Assembly (NCBI GenBank): GCA_022446815.1
Contig: JAKVCD010000018.1
Location: forward strand, 211,908 to 275,907
Direction: 5' to 3'
DNA: 64,000 bases
DNA from: Planctomycetota bacterium
Lineage (GTDB): Bacteria > Planctomycetota > UBA1135 > GCA-002686595
Shown here in pieces: positions 50,446 to 59,502 of the stretch. Each line of letters starts with the position of its first letter. Positions within the stretch are counted from its first letter, which is position 1. A program made the translations under genes and the position numbers. The notes under the pieces are model-generated. The model did no database searches and was not told where the DNA came from. It saw only the letters and a list, made by a program, of their open reading frames with translations.

Positions 50446-52103
50446 GCGGAGCAGCAGAGACAACCACCGACCCGCGCGCCCTCTGGGAAGAGGCGCTGAA
50501 CAGCGCGAAGCTCCGAGACGTGGACTTCACCACGCTCTCAGGTGAAGAGCTCAAGGCGCTCTACACCTCGGAGGACGCGAGCTTTGATGAGGAGCGGGAC
50601 CTCGGGATGCCGGGTCAGTTCCCCTTCACCCGCGGCGTGCACCCTACGATGTACCGCGGCCGCCTCTGGACTATGCGGCAGTTCGCCGGTTTCGGCTCAG
50701 CCGCACAGACGAATGAGCGCTTTAAGTTCCTGCTCGCGCATGGCCAGACCGGGCTCTCCGTCGCCTTCGACTTCCCAACCTTGATGGGCCGAGACTCGGA
50801 CGACGAGCTATCCCTAGGGGAGGTCGGGCAGGTCGGCGTCGCGATCTCTTCCTTGGCTGATATGGAGACGCTCTTCGACGGGATCCCGCTCGGAGAGGTC
50901 TCGACCTCGATGACGATCAACGGGCCGGCGCCGATCTTGCTCGCGTTCTACATCGCGGCCGCAGAGAACCAAGGTGTCGCACCCGAGGCGATCCGCGGAA
51001 CAGTCCAGAACGACATCCTCAAGGAGTACCAGGCGCAGCACGCTTGGCTGGTCGCGCCGGAGCCTGCGCTCAGGATGATCACTGACATGATGTCGTACTG
51101 CGCTGATCGCGCGCCGCAGTGGAACACGATCTCCATCTCTGGCTACCACATCCGTGAGGCGGGCTCGACCGCTGCGCAGGAGCTAGCCTTCACCCTCGCT
51201 AATGGGATGGAGTATGTGCGCCGCGGCGTCGCAGCGGGGATGGACGTCGACAGCTTTGCCCCGCGCCTCTCCTTCTTCTTTGACAGTCACCTCGACTTCT
51301 TTGAGGAGATCTGCAAGTTCAGAGCGGCGCGGCGGATCTGGGCGCGAAAGCTCCGAGATGAGTTCGGCGCGAAAGATCCGAAGTCTTGGATGGTGCGCTT
51401 CCACACCCAGACGGCCGGCGTCTCGCTCACGGCGCAGCAGCCTGAGAACAACATCGTTCGGACGGCTTACGAGGCCCTCGCAGCGGTGCTCGGCGGAACT
51501 CAGTCGCTGCACACGAACTCGATGGACGAGACCCTCTCTCTGCCGACCGAGAAGGCGGTGAAGATCGCGCTGCGTACGCAGCAGATCCTCGCGGAGGAGA
51601 CGGAGGTGGCGAACGTTATCGATCCGCTCGCTGGGTCTTACTTCGTGGAGGCGCAGACGAACCGACTGGAGGCGGAGGCGGAGGCCTACTTCCAGGAGAT
51701 CGAGGAGCGTGGCGGCGTCGTACCTTGCATCGAGAGTGGCTTCATCCAGAGCGAGATCCATCGGTCCGCGGTGAAGTATCAACGCGCCGTCGAGCGCGGC
51801 GACAAGCGGGTGGTGGGTGTGAACTGCTACACCGAGGAGGGGGACGGCCCCCCGGAGATCGATCTGCACAGGATCGACCCCGCGGTGGAGCGAGAGCAGC
51901 ACCGCCGACTCGGCGAGCTTCGCAGCACGCGCGACGAGAAAGGCGCAGGAGAGGCGCTCGAGGCGATCAGGGCCGCGTGCCGTGATGGCTCCAACTTGCA
52001 GGCGCGCTTCGTCGCCGCTGCCCACGCCTACTGCACCTTGGGTGAGATCGCCCAGGTGCTGCGCGAGGAGTTCGATCAGTACAAGGAGCCCAAGATCCTC
52101 TGA
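50442..52103 (+). CDS. B12-dependent acyl-CoA mutase, large substrate-binding subunit. The Phe/Gln signature suggests isobutyryl-CoA mutase type.
   Basis: FPFTRGVHPTMYRGRLWTMRQFAGFG, GQTGLSVAFDFPTLMGRDSD and NDILKEYQAQHAW are present. ATGA overlap with meaB. Confidence 0.88.
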   Translation: MSGAAETTTDPRALWEEALNSAKLRDVDFTTLSGEELKALYTSEDASFDEERDLGMPGQFPFTRGVHPTMYRGRLWTMRQFAGFGSAAQTNERFKFLLAHGQTGLSVAFDFPTLMGRDSDDELSLGEVGQVGVAISSLADMETLFDGIPLGEVSTSMTINGPAPILLAFYIAAAENQGVAPEAIRGTVQNDILKEYQAQHAWLVAPEPALRMITDMMSYCADRAPQWNTISISGYHIREAGSTAAQELAFTLANGMEYVRRGVAAGMDVDSFAPRLSFFFDSHLDFFEEICKFRAARRIWARKLRDEFGAKDPKSWMVRFHTQTAGVSLTAQQPENNIVRTAYEALAAVLGGTQSLHTNSMDETLSLPTEKAVKIALRTQQILAEETEVANVIDPLAGSYFVEAQTNRLEAEAEAYFQEIEERGGVVPCIESGFIQSEIHRSAVKYQRAVERGDKRVVGVNCYTEEGDGPPEIDLHRIDPAVEREQHRRLGELRSTRDEKGAGEALEAIRAACRDGSNLQARFVAAAHAYCTLGEIAQVLREEFDQYKEPKIL

Positions 52104-52117
52104 GGAGGAGTGAAGAG

Positions 52118-52543
52118 ATGACCGAGAGACGAATCAGGGTGTTGATAGGGAAACCTGGTCTGGACGGACACGACCGCGGCGCAAAGACGGTCGCGAGCGT
52201 GCTCCGAGATCACGGTATGGAGGTTGTCTACACCGGCCTTCATCAGACCCCGGCGATGATCGCTGAGGCCGCCGCGCAAGAGGACGTTGACGTGGTCGGG
52301 CTCTCGCTCCTGTCGGGCGCGCACATGGCGCTGTTCCCGCGCGTACGTGATGAGCTCACTGCGCGTGGGAAGGGCGACGTCTTGCTCGTCGGAGGCGGGA
52401 TCATCCCGCACGACGACATGGACTCGTTAGAAGGAGACGGGTTCGCGAAGCTTTTTGGTCCGGGCACGCCTACGACTGATATCGCGACGTGGATTCAGGA
52501 AGAGATGGAGAAACGCTTCGAGAGAGAAGGAGAGGAAGCATGA
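52118..52543 (+). CDS. Acyl-CoA mutase small subunit, cobalamin-binding domain
   Basis: RVLIGKPGLDGHDRGAKTVA (DxHxxG B12 motif), DVDVVGLSLLSG and GGGIIP are present. Confidence 0.9.
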   Translation: MTERRIRVLIGKPGLDGHDRGAKTVASVLRDHGMEVVYTGLHQTPAMIAEAAAQEDVDVVGLSLLSGAHMALFPRVRDELTARGKGDVLLVGGGIIPHDDMDSLEGDGFAKLFGPGTPTTDIATWIQEEMEKRFEREGEEA

Positions 52544-52851
52544 CCGCTGACAACACCCCCGCAGGTGACGGCACCCCCACGGAGACCGTCAAGGACATCT
52601 TGAACGTCGAGGAGGCCGCCGCGCTCCTCGGAGTGAGCGTGAAGACCTTCAACAAGGTCCTGCACGCAGAGGATATGCCTGCCCGAAAGATCGGGCGGGA
52701 GTGGAAGTTCTCCCGCGCGGCCTTGATCGAGTGGGTCGGGAGCGGTCGAGCGCGTGACTTCTACCGCGAGGCTACCCCCTCTATTCACGACACGGTCACC
52801 CCGATCCCGCGCCGCCAACGCACCGGTGGCTGGCGCATTGAGATGGACTGA
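52540..52851 (+). CDS. Excisionase/MerR-like helix-turn-helix DNA-binding protein
   Basis: LNVEEAAALLGVSVKTFNKVL....MPARKIGREWKFSRAALIEWV is present. ATGA overlap with the B12-binding subunit stop. Confidence 0.65.
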   Translation: MTADNTPAGDGTPTETVKDILNVEEAAALLGVSVKTFNKVLHAEDMPARKIGREWKFSRAALIEWVGSGRARDFYREATPSIHDTVTPIPRRQRTGGWRIEMD

Positions 52852-52877
52852 ACTGAAACCTAGAGACAGAGAGAAAG

Positions 52878-54065
52878 ATGTATTCGCCGCCTGATATACG
52901 CCACGGCCTCGACCTCACTGAGGACGAAGGAATGATCCGCGACATGGTACGCGAGTTCGCTGATAACGAGGTCGCGCCGAGGGCCGCCGGGATTGACGAG
53001 GAGCACTCGTTCCCGCTCGAGACCTGGGAGCAGATCATCGAGCTCGGCCTCCCGGGGATCCCATTCCCTGAAGAGCTGGGCGGCGCTGACAGCGGCACGC
53101 TCGCCTACGTCCTCGCCGTGGAAGAGCTCAGCAGGGTCTGCGGCTCAACTGGCCTCACGTTGGCCGCTCACGTGAGCCTAGGTACATACCCTATCTACAA
53201 GTGGGGCTCAGAGCGCATGCGGGCCGAGTATGTCCCCAAGCTGATCGCGGGCGAGTACATGGGCGCGTATGGGTTGACCGAACCCAACGCGGGCTCAGAC
53301 TCCGGTGGGACTGAGACGATGGCGCGCCGAGACGGCGACGAGTGGGTCCTCTCTGGTCGCAAGTGCTTTATCACGAACGCCAATCACTCTGGGACGTTCA
53401 TCGTCACTGCAGTCTCTGATAAGGACCTGGGCCCAAAAGGGATCAGCGCCTTCGTGCTGACCAAGGACACCCCGGGGCTTGTCTTGGAGCCGGGCGAGAA
53501 GAAGCTCGGCATGCGCGGCTCAGACTGGGCGAGCCTAGTCTTCGAGGACGCTCGCGTGCCCGCGGACCACGTGCTCGGTCCGGAGGGTGAGGGCTTCTCA
53601 ACCTTCATGAAGACGCTCGAAGGAGGGCGCATATCCATCGGCGCTCTCGCGCTAGGCATCGCTCAGGGCGCCTATGACTGCGCCCGGAGATACGCATGTG
53701 AGCGCGAAGCCTTCGGGAAGACGCTCGCTGACCAGCAGGCGGTCGCGTTCAAGTTGGCTGATATGGCGGTTCAGATAGAGGCCTCTCGACACCTCGTGTA
53801 CCACGCCGCCCGCATGAAGGACTCAGGGGAGAGCTTCGGTACCGCGGCGGCGATAGCGAAGCTGCACTCTTCTGAGACAGCGATGAAGGTCACCTACGAC
53901 GCCATCCAGATCTACGGCGGGATGGGTTACAGCCGTGAGTATCCGGTGGAGCGCATGTGGCGTGACGCGAAGCTCTGCACGATCGGCGAGGGTACGAGCG
54001 AGATCCAGCGCTTGATCATTGGAAGGGACATCATCAAGGGGACTCGCGCCGCCTTGGGTGCCTAG
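52878..54065 (+). CDS. Acyl-CoA dehydrogenase
   Basis: LTEPNAGSDSGG, FITNA, QIYGGMGYS and RDAKLCTIGEGTSEIQR are present. Confidence 0.88.
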   Translation: MYSPPDIRHGLDLTEDEGMIRDMVREFADNEVAPRAAGIDEEHSFPLETWEQIIELGLPGIPFPEELGGADSGTLAYVLAVEELSRVCGSTGLTLAAHVSLGTYPIYKWGSERMRAEYVPKLIAGEYMGAYGLTEPNAGSDSGGTETMARRDGDEWVLSGRKCFITNANHSGTFIVTAVSDKDLGPKGISAFVLTKDTPGLVLEPGEKKLGMRGSDWASLVFEDARVPADHVLGPEGEGFSTFMKTLEGGRISIGALALGIAQGAYDCARRYACEREAFGKTLADQQAVAFKLADMAVQIEASRHLVYHAARMKDSGESFGTAAAIAKLHSSETAMKVTYDAIQIYGGMGYSREYPVERMWRDAKLCTIGEGTSEIQRLIIGRDIIKGTRAALGA

Positions 54066-54068
54066 CCG

Positions 54069-54977
54069 ATGTCTCCTGTGACCTCAGACGCCGGGGCTTG
54101 GACGCCGCGGAGCGTGCAGGTTGGCGAGTGGAAGATCACGGCGCTGAGCGACGGCTTCTTCCGCCTTGACGGAGGCTCCATGTGGGGTGTGGTCCCAGCC
54201 AATCTGTGGCGCAAGCTGACCCCGCCGGCTGAGGACAACACGATCCGTCTGGCCTTGCGCCCATTTCTACTCGAGCGTGGCGACGTGAAGGCTGTCGTAG
54301 AGGTCGGCGTCGGGGACCGATGGGAAGAGAAGTGGCGGGGGATCTACCACATCGACCGCTCACAGACGCTCGAGGATACGGTCACGGCGTGCGGACTCGC
54401 CCCCGAGGAGGTCACGCACGTGATCGCCTCTCACTGTCACTGGGATCACATCGGCAGCCAGGTGGTTGAGCGTGACGGCGTACTCGCCCCGCTCTTCCCG
54501 AACGCTCGACACTTCGCGCCCGCCATAGAGGTCGAGATGCTCAAGAGCCAAGACCACATCCGCAGGGCCTCCTACCGCCTCGATGACCTACTCCCGATTG
54601 AGGAGGCTGGACTCCTCGAGACCTTCACTGGGGAGACAGAGCTCTTGCCCGGAGTGAAGGCCCACGAGCTCGGCGGCCACTCAGACGGCGTCAGCCTGAT
54701 CACGGTCAATGAAGATGGGGAAGGGGACACCGCGATCTTCTGGGCGGACGTCGTGCCGACGACCCATCACATTCAGCCCGCGTTCATCATGGCTTACGAC
54801 ATCGACGTCGTGCGCTCATATGAGGTGCGTACAGAGTGGATGAAGCGCGCGGCCGAGGGGGCGTGGGTCGGGCTCTTCTATCACGACCCGGAGCACGCGT
54901 TCGGGCGGCTCTCTTTTGACGGTAAGCGCTTCATCTGTGAGGCGATGGTGGGAGCGGAGGTCCGTGAATCAAAATGA
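54069..54977 (+). CDS. MBL-fold metallo-hydrolase
   Basis: The VIASHCHWDHIG (HxHxDH) motif is present, with later GGHSDG and HD ligands. Confidence 0.75.
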   Translation: MSPVTSDAGAWTPRSVQVGEWKITALSDGFFRLDGGSMWGVVPANLWRKLTPPAEDNTIRLALRPFLLERGDVKAVVEVGVGDRWEEKWRGIYHIDRSQTLEDTVTACGLAPEEVTHVIASHCHWDHIGSQVVERDGVLAPLFPNARHFAPAIEVEMLKSQDHIRRASYRLDDLLPIEEAGLLETFTGETELLPGVKAHELGGHSDGVSLITVNEDGEGDTAIFWADVVPTTHHIQPAFIMAYDIDVVRSYEVRTEWMKRAAEGAWVGLFYHDPEHAFGRLSFDGKRFICEAMVGAEVRESK

Positions 54978-55720
54978 GGATCGTCTCGCTCTGTCCGAGC
55001 CTCACTGAGCTCGTCTGTGACCTTGGGCGCTCCAGAGACCTCATCGCGTGCACCAAGTTCTGCGTGCATCCGGAGCGACGCGTCAAGCGACTCTTGAAGG
55101 TCGGGGGTACTAAGGACCCGAAGATCCAAGAGATCATCGCCCTCAGTCCTGATGTCGTCCTGATGAACGATGAAGAGAACCGCCGCGAGGACTTTGAGGC
55201 GCTCACCGCTGAGGGGGTGGACTGTTACTCCACGATGCCGAGGACCATCAAGGAGACTGCGCAGATGGTTCGTTCTATCTCGGCGATCATAGGCGGCTCG
55301 CAGAGGGGAGAAGAGATCGCTGGTGACATAGAGACGCGCGCTGATCGTGTCTCTGCAGCAGCCGCAGGGCGTAAGCCGACGAGCTTCGCCTACATCATCT
55401 GGGCGAGGCCGTGGATGAGCGTGAATGACGACACCTTTGCGCACGCGCTCCTCACTAACGCGGGCGGAGTGAACGTGTTTGCAGGTCGCTCGGAGCGCTA
55501 TCCCGAGATCAGCCTCGCTGAGCTCAAGGAGGCTAACCCTGATGTCGTCTTACTCTGCACTGAGCCTTATCCGTTCAAGAGCGGCGACGTTGTTGATCTC
55601 TCAGTGGAGATCGACGTGCCCATGGACAGGATCTTCATCGCCGACGGCGAATACCTCTCTTGGCACGGGTCTAGGACTCCAGACGGGATTGACTACGCAG
55701 AGTCTTTGATCGCAGGGTGA
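54974..55720 (+). CDS. Cobalamin-binding / helical-backbone metal-receptor (BtuF-like) protein without signal peptide
   Basis: MRIVSLCPSLTELVCDLG, LSPDVVLMNDEENR and NPDVVLLCTEPYPF are present. ATGA overlap with the MBL gene. Confidence 0.65.
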   Translation: MRIVSLCPSLTELVCDLGRSRDLIACTKFCVHPERRVKRLLKVGGTKDPKIQEIIALSPDVVLMNDEENRREDFEALTAEGVDCYSTMPRTIKETAQMVRSISAIIGGSQRGEEIAGDIETRADRVSAAAAGRKPTSFAYIIWARPWMSVNDDTFAHALLTNAGGVNVFAGRSERYPEISLAELKEANPDVVLLCTEPYPFKSGDVVDLSVEIDVPMDRIFIADGEYLSWHGSRTPDGIDYAESLIAG

Positions 55721-55729
55721 AGCCGGCGA

Positions 55730-56395
55730 TCACTGGAAGAGAGAGACTGCTACAGCAGGGTCTTCTCCTCCGAGGAGTATGAACTGGAAGCTCGCACCCG
55801 ATCGATCAACAGTGAGGATCGGATGCAGATTGTCCCCGTCATACATCAGCGTGATCGAGAGGTCTTCTTTGACCTGATAGGAGATGCTCCCGGGGTAGCG
55901 CCACTCCTCGGTCTCAAGTATCTGAGCAACCCCTAGACTGAAGTTCAGGTCGTCGTTCAGCATCTGCGAGGCGGTCAGGGTAGCAGCGTTCCCGTCTACC
56001 TCTCCTGAAGGCCAAGCTGAGCTCGTCCCGAGGATTATGGCGGGTCGCCCTTCGGTGGCTTCGAGCGCTCGGTAGATCACGACTGGATGAACCTGGCCCT
56101 CCATATAGTCATATTCGACACCCACAGAGAGGCTCTCGTTGAGGGAGTGGATCAGGCTGTATTCAAGCGGCGCCCTGTTTGTGTCTTGAGGAAAGACGAC
56201 ACGCTTGGTGAGGACCCATGAGCCCACATTGAGATTCCCGCTGCCCCAAACTGAGGCACTCTGCCCGGGTCAGCCGCTTCACAAGGGGACGCGGGGACCT
56301 GTGGAGTCTAAGGGGGAGGGGATCACTTCAGGTGCTGCGCAGCTCGCGATAGAGAGAGCTAGGGCAAAGCCCAGCCAGCGAGCGTTCAGCATCAT
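55730..56395 (-). pseudogene. Lipoprotein/beta-rich protein gene interrupted by two in-frame TGA codons
   Basis: The ATG at 56395 overlaps the ispH stop (ATGA) and encodes MMLNARWLGFALALSIASC (lipobox). In-frame TGAs lie at 56281-56279 and 56272-56270. The same frame then continues into track ORF 55730-56227. Confidence 0.55.
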
Positions 56396-57345
56396 GAAGT
56401 TTTGCCGTTCATCTCTTCGGCGAGTCGGTCTAGCTCAGGAGGGTTCTTGAACGTGACTAGCTCTGCTTCACCATCCATCTCCTGGATGTCCTTTACGCCG
56501 AGCTCTTTGAGTCGGTCGATAATTTTTTTCACAAGGATCTCAGGAGCAGAGGCTCCCGCTGTGACACCTATAGAACTCTTCCCAAGGACCCACTCAGGTT
56601 GGATCTCCTCGGGCTGATCGATCAAGAAGCTGGAGATGCCCTCGCGCTCACCAAGCTCGCGGAGGCGATTGGAGTTTGATGAGTTCTGGCTGCCTACGAC
56701 GATGAGGAGGTCTACGTCCCCGACGAGATCGCGGACTGCGTTCTGTCTGTTCTGCGTCGCGTAGCAGATGTCGTTGAGGCTCGGTCCTGAGATGTCTGGA
56801 AATCGCTCATTCAGCGCGTCGATAACCTCTCGAGTGTCATCGAGCGAGAGGGTGGTCTGAGTGACGTAGGCGAGTCGGCTAGGGTCCTTCGGTCTGAGGG
56901 CTTCTACCTCCTCGACAGTAGAGAGGACGGTCACCTTCCCAGGGAAGCGTCCGCGCGTGCCCTCGACCTCTGGATGTCCGGGGTGCCCGATCAAGATGAG
57001 CTCTCGCTCCTGATCCCAATAGCGCTGCGCTTGCTGATGAACCTTGGTGACGAGAGGGCATGTCGCGTCTATGACGCGGAGGCCGCGCTCCTCACCTTCG
57101 CGGACGACTGACTCTGCGACCCCGTGGGCGCTAAAGATCGTCACAGCGCCGCTGGGGATCTCTTTGAGCTCCTTCACGAACTCTACCCCTCGAGCGGAGA
57201 GATCCTCGATCACATGTCGGTTGTGAACGATCTCGTGCAGGACATATACGGGGGCGCCGTGATACTCGAGCGCCTTCTCGACGATCTCGATAGCGCGGTC
57301 AACGCCGGCGCAGAAGCCGCGGGGGTTGGCGAGCTTGATCTCCAT
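56392..57345 (-). CDS. ispH: 4-hydroxy-3-methylbut-2-enyl diphosphate reductase
   Basis: MEIKLANPRGFCAGVDRAI, SAHGV, DATCPLVTKVH, GHPGHPEV and VVGS.NSSNSNRL are present. Confidence 0.92.
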   Translation of the reverse strand: MEIKLANPRGFCAGVDRAIEIVEKALEYHGAPVYVLHEIVHNRHVIEDLSARGVEFVKELKEIPSGAVTIFSAHGVAESVVREGEERGLRVIDATCPLVTKVHQQAQRYWDQERELILIGHPGHPEVEGTRGRFPGKVTVLSTVEEVEALRPKDPSRLAYVTQTTLSLDDTREVIDALNERFPDISGPSLNDICYATQNRQNAVRDLVGDVDLLIVVGSQNSSNSNRLRELGEREGISSFLIDQPEEIQPEWVLGKSSIGVTAGASAPEILVKKIIDRLKELGVKDIQEMDGEAELVTFKNPPELDRLAEEMNGKTS

Positions 57346-57349
57346 TTGA

Positions 57350-57757
57350 TCAGTGCTCCTCGCTCACAAGGTTTCGGTTCCAGTCAGGGATCTCGATGAC
57401 CACATCCGTTGAGCCGTCAGGGACAGCTTGGCAGGCGAGGCGAGATTGAGCCTCTAAGCCGGGAGCGTTGTCGAGTTGATCCTCTTCGTCCTCTGTGGCT
57501 TCAGGGCAAGTGTTGAAACCTGATTTAAAGATCACGTGACAGGTCGAGCACGCGCAGACCCCGCCGCAGGCGTGATCAATCTCTATGTCGTGTCCGATCG
57601 CGATCTCGAGGATCGAGCCAGGCTTACCCTCTCTGGAGTAGGGGAGCGCCTCTGGGTCGACCTCCACGGTCACCCCGACGGGCTCAAACGTGAGCTTGTA
57701 AGCCTGCTTGGGGAGCGGTGATTCCGTCTCTTCGATGTAGGGGTTGCTGCCACCCAT
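57350..57757 (-). CDS. 2Fe-2S ferredoxin, adrenodoxin/Fdx type
   Basis: HACGGVCACSTCHV ... SRLACQ ligand pattern. A 4-nt gap separates it from ispH. Confidence 0.85.
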   Translation of the reverse strand: MGGSNPYIEETESPLPKQAYKLTFEPVGVTVEVDPEALPYSREGKPGSILEIAIGHDIEIDHACGGVCACSTCHVIFKSGFNTCPEATEDEEDQLDNAPGLEAQSRLACQAVPDGSTDVVIEIPDWNRNLVSEEH

Positions 57758-57768
57758 GTCTCTTCGTC

Positions 57769-59502
57769 TTAGATCCCGTCGCCGAATCCGCCGACTGCGG
57801 GGGGCGCGGGTCGATCATCATTCTGCCTCGTCCTTCGCTTGGGCGCGCGCTCCTTCTTGGCGGGCGCTCGCTCTTTGCGCTCCCGGCTCGGTCGCGCTGC
57901 GTTACCGCTCGCCTCGCGCTCTGCGCGCCGTCGGCGGCGGGGTCGCTCTCTCTCGCCGCGCTTAGGTGCGTTGTCGCGCGTCTCTTGGGGCTCGCGGCCA
58001 CCTTCGCGGGCTGAGCGCCGCTCCTGCCTGCGAGCTCGGCGCTCCTCACGACCCTCTCTCTTCGCGCTCTGCTGCTCGCCGCGCTCTTCGTCGGAGCGCT
58101 CGCGGCGCCGCTTCGTTCTTCGCTCTCTGCGCTGCCCCTGGGGTGCCTCGCGCTCGCTGCGGCGCTCTCTACTTCGGCCTGATCGCTCACGCCTCCCGCC
58201 GCCTCGCTGGGTTCGTCCGGGGGGATCGACTTGCTCGATCTCCCATGAGGCCTGCTTCAGGATAGGGGTCCAGTGACGCATATTCGTCGGTGCGATAACG
58301 GAGACCGCCGCACCCTCTCGACCTGCGCGGCCTGTCCTGCCGATGCGGTGTGTATAGCTGGTGATGTCACGGGGTGCGCCGCAGTTCACGACGTGGGTGA
58401 CGTGCTTCACGTCGAGGCCACGTGAGGCGACATCGGTCGCGATCAGCGCTTTGACCTCTTTCGCGCGGAAGGCGTCCATGACACGGAAGCGTGCCTCTTG
58501 TTCGTAGCCGCCGTGCAGCGCCTTGATCGGGAAAGGGCTGCGCTCGAGCTTTCGGAAGATGCGCTCTACCTCGACGCGACGTTCGCAGAAGATGAGGAAG
58601 ACGTCGTCTTCCTCGGATTGCTCGAGCAGACGCAAGAGCGCCATCGGGCGCTCCTCCTCGCTGTCGATCTTGAACCAAGACTGCTTGACCGTCTCAGCGG
58701 TGGCGTGGCCGCTTACTGTGGCGACCTCCACCGGATCCCGTGTGTAGTCCCGCGCGAGCTTCAGCAGAGGGGGCGGGAAGGTCGCGGAGAAGAGCAGGGT
58801 CTGCCGCTCGTCAGGTGTCTTGGAGAGGATCTCGCGGATGTCGTCGATGAAGCCGATCTCGAGCATCTCGTCCGCTTCGTCTAGGACGACGACCTCGGTC
58901 CAGGGGAACGACAGGAACTTTTGGCCATAGAGGTCTAAGACCCTGCCAGGGGTCCCGACTACGACCTGTGCGCCGGCTTGGAGGGCAGCGACCTGAGGCT
59001 GCGCCGGCTCACCGCCGACGATCAAGGCGACCTTCAGGCCGATCTTTTCACCGATGCTCTCGAAGACCTTGGCGATCTGTTCTGCGAGCTCTCGAGTCGG
59101 GCTGAGGATGAGGGCCAAGACCGAGGAGCGCGTCGGGTCAAGCCGAGTGAGCATGGGGGCAGCGAAGGAGAGGGTCTTTCCCGTCCCTGTCTGCGCCCGA
59201 GCGATCACGTCTTTGCCTGCGAGCACATGTTCGATGGAGATGGCTTGGATCGGAGTGGGCTTGACGATGTTGTCCTCGTCGAGGGCCTCGATCACCTCAT
59301 CTCGGAGCTTCCAGTGCCGAAAGCTCTCGATGTCGGGGACCTCTTGGGGCGGCTCGTGGGGCTTCACGGGGGGGCCAGAGGGCTTCGAACGACCAGGCTT
59401 ACGCCCGCCGTTTGCGCGCCCACGACTGCCGCCGCGGCTTCCACCTCCGCCGCCGCCACCTCGCCTGGGTCGGCCTCCTCCACGGTTCTTTTCGTTCCTC
59501 AT
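57769..59502 (-). CDS. DEAD-box ATP-dependent RNA helicase with RGG-rich N-terminus and Arg/Glu-rich C-terminal tail
   Basis: AQTGTGKT, VLDEADEML, FSATFP and HRIGRTGRAG are present. The ATG at 59502 gives MRNEKNRGGGRPRRGGGGGGGSRGGSRGR. The track ORF extends spuriously to 59787. Confidence 0.88.
   Translation of the reverse strand: MRNEKNRGGGRPRRGGGGGGGSRGGSRGRANGGRKPGRSKPSGPPVKPHEPPQEVPDIESFRHWKLRDEVIEALDEDNIVKPTPIQAISIEHVLAGKDVIARAQTGTGKTLSFAAPMLTRLDPTRSSVLALILSPTRELAEQIAKVFESIGEKIGLKVALIVGGEPAQPQVAALQAGAQVVVGTPGRVLDLYGQKFLSFPWTEVVVLDEADEMLEIGFIDDIREILSKTPDERQTLLFSATFPPPLLKLARDYTRDPVEVATVSGHATAETVKQSWFKIDSEEERPMALLRLLEQSEEDDVFLIFCERRVEVERIFRKLERSPFPIKALHGGYEQEARFRVMDAFRAKEVKALIATDVASRGLDVKHVTHVVNCGAPRDITSYTHRIGRTGRAGREGAAVSVIAPTNMRHWTPILKQASWEIEQVDPPGRTQRGGGRRERSGRSRERRSEREAPQGQRRERRTKRRRERSDEERGEQQSAKREGREERRARRQERRSAREGGREPQETRDNAPKRGERERPRRRRRAEREASGNAARPSRERKERAPAKKERAPKRRTRQNDDRPAPPAVGGFGDGI

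Noticed and set aside
56270-56281. Selenocysteine or genetic-code reassignment as the explanation for the two in-frame TGAs
   Set aside because: TGA is used as a normal stop by many well-supported genes in the window, including ispH itself. Two Sec codons separated by Ser-Gly in a lipoprotein linker, with no evident SECIS-like hairpin, is implausible. This is kept only as a formal alternative in the finding.
57684-58276. ORFs 57684-58190 (-), 57839-58276 (+) and 57966-58265 (+) within the helicase 3' region
   Set aside because: They are alternative frames of the Arg/Glu-rich tail coding sequence. Repetitive cgc/gag-rich DNA keeps several frames open.
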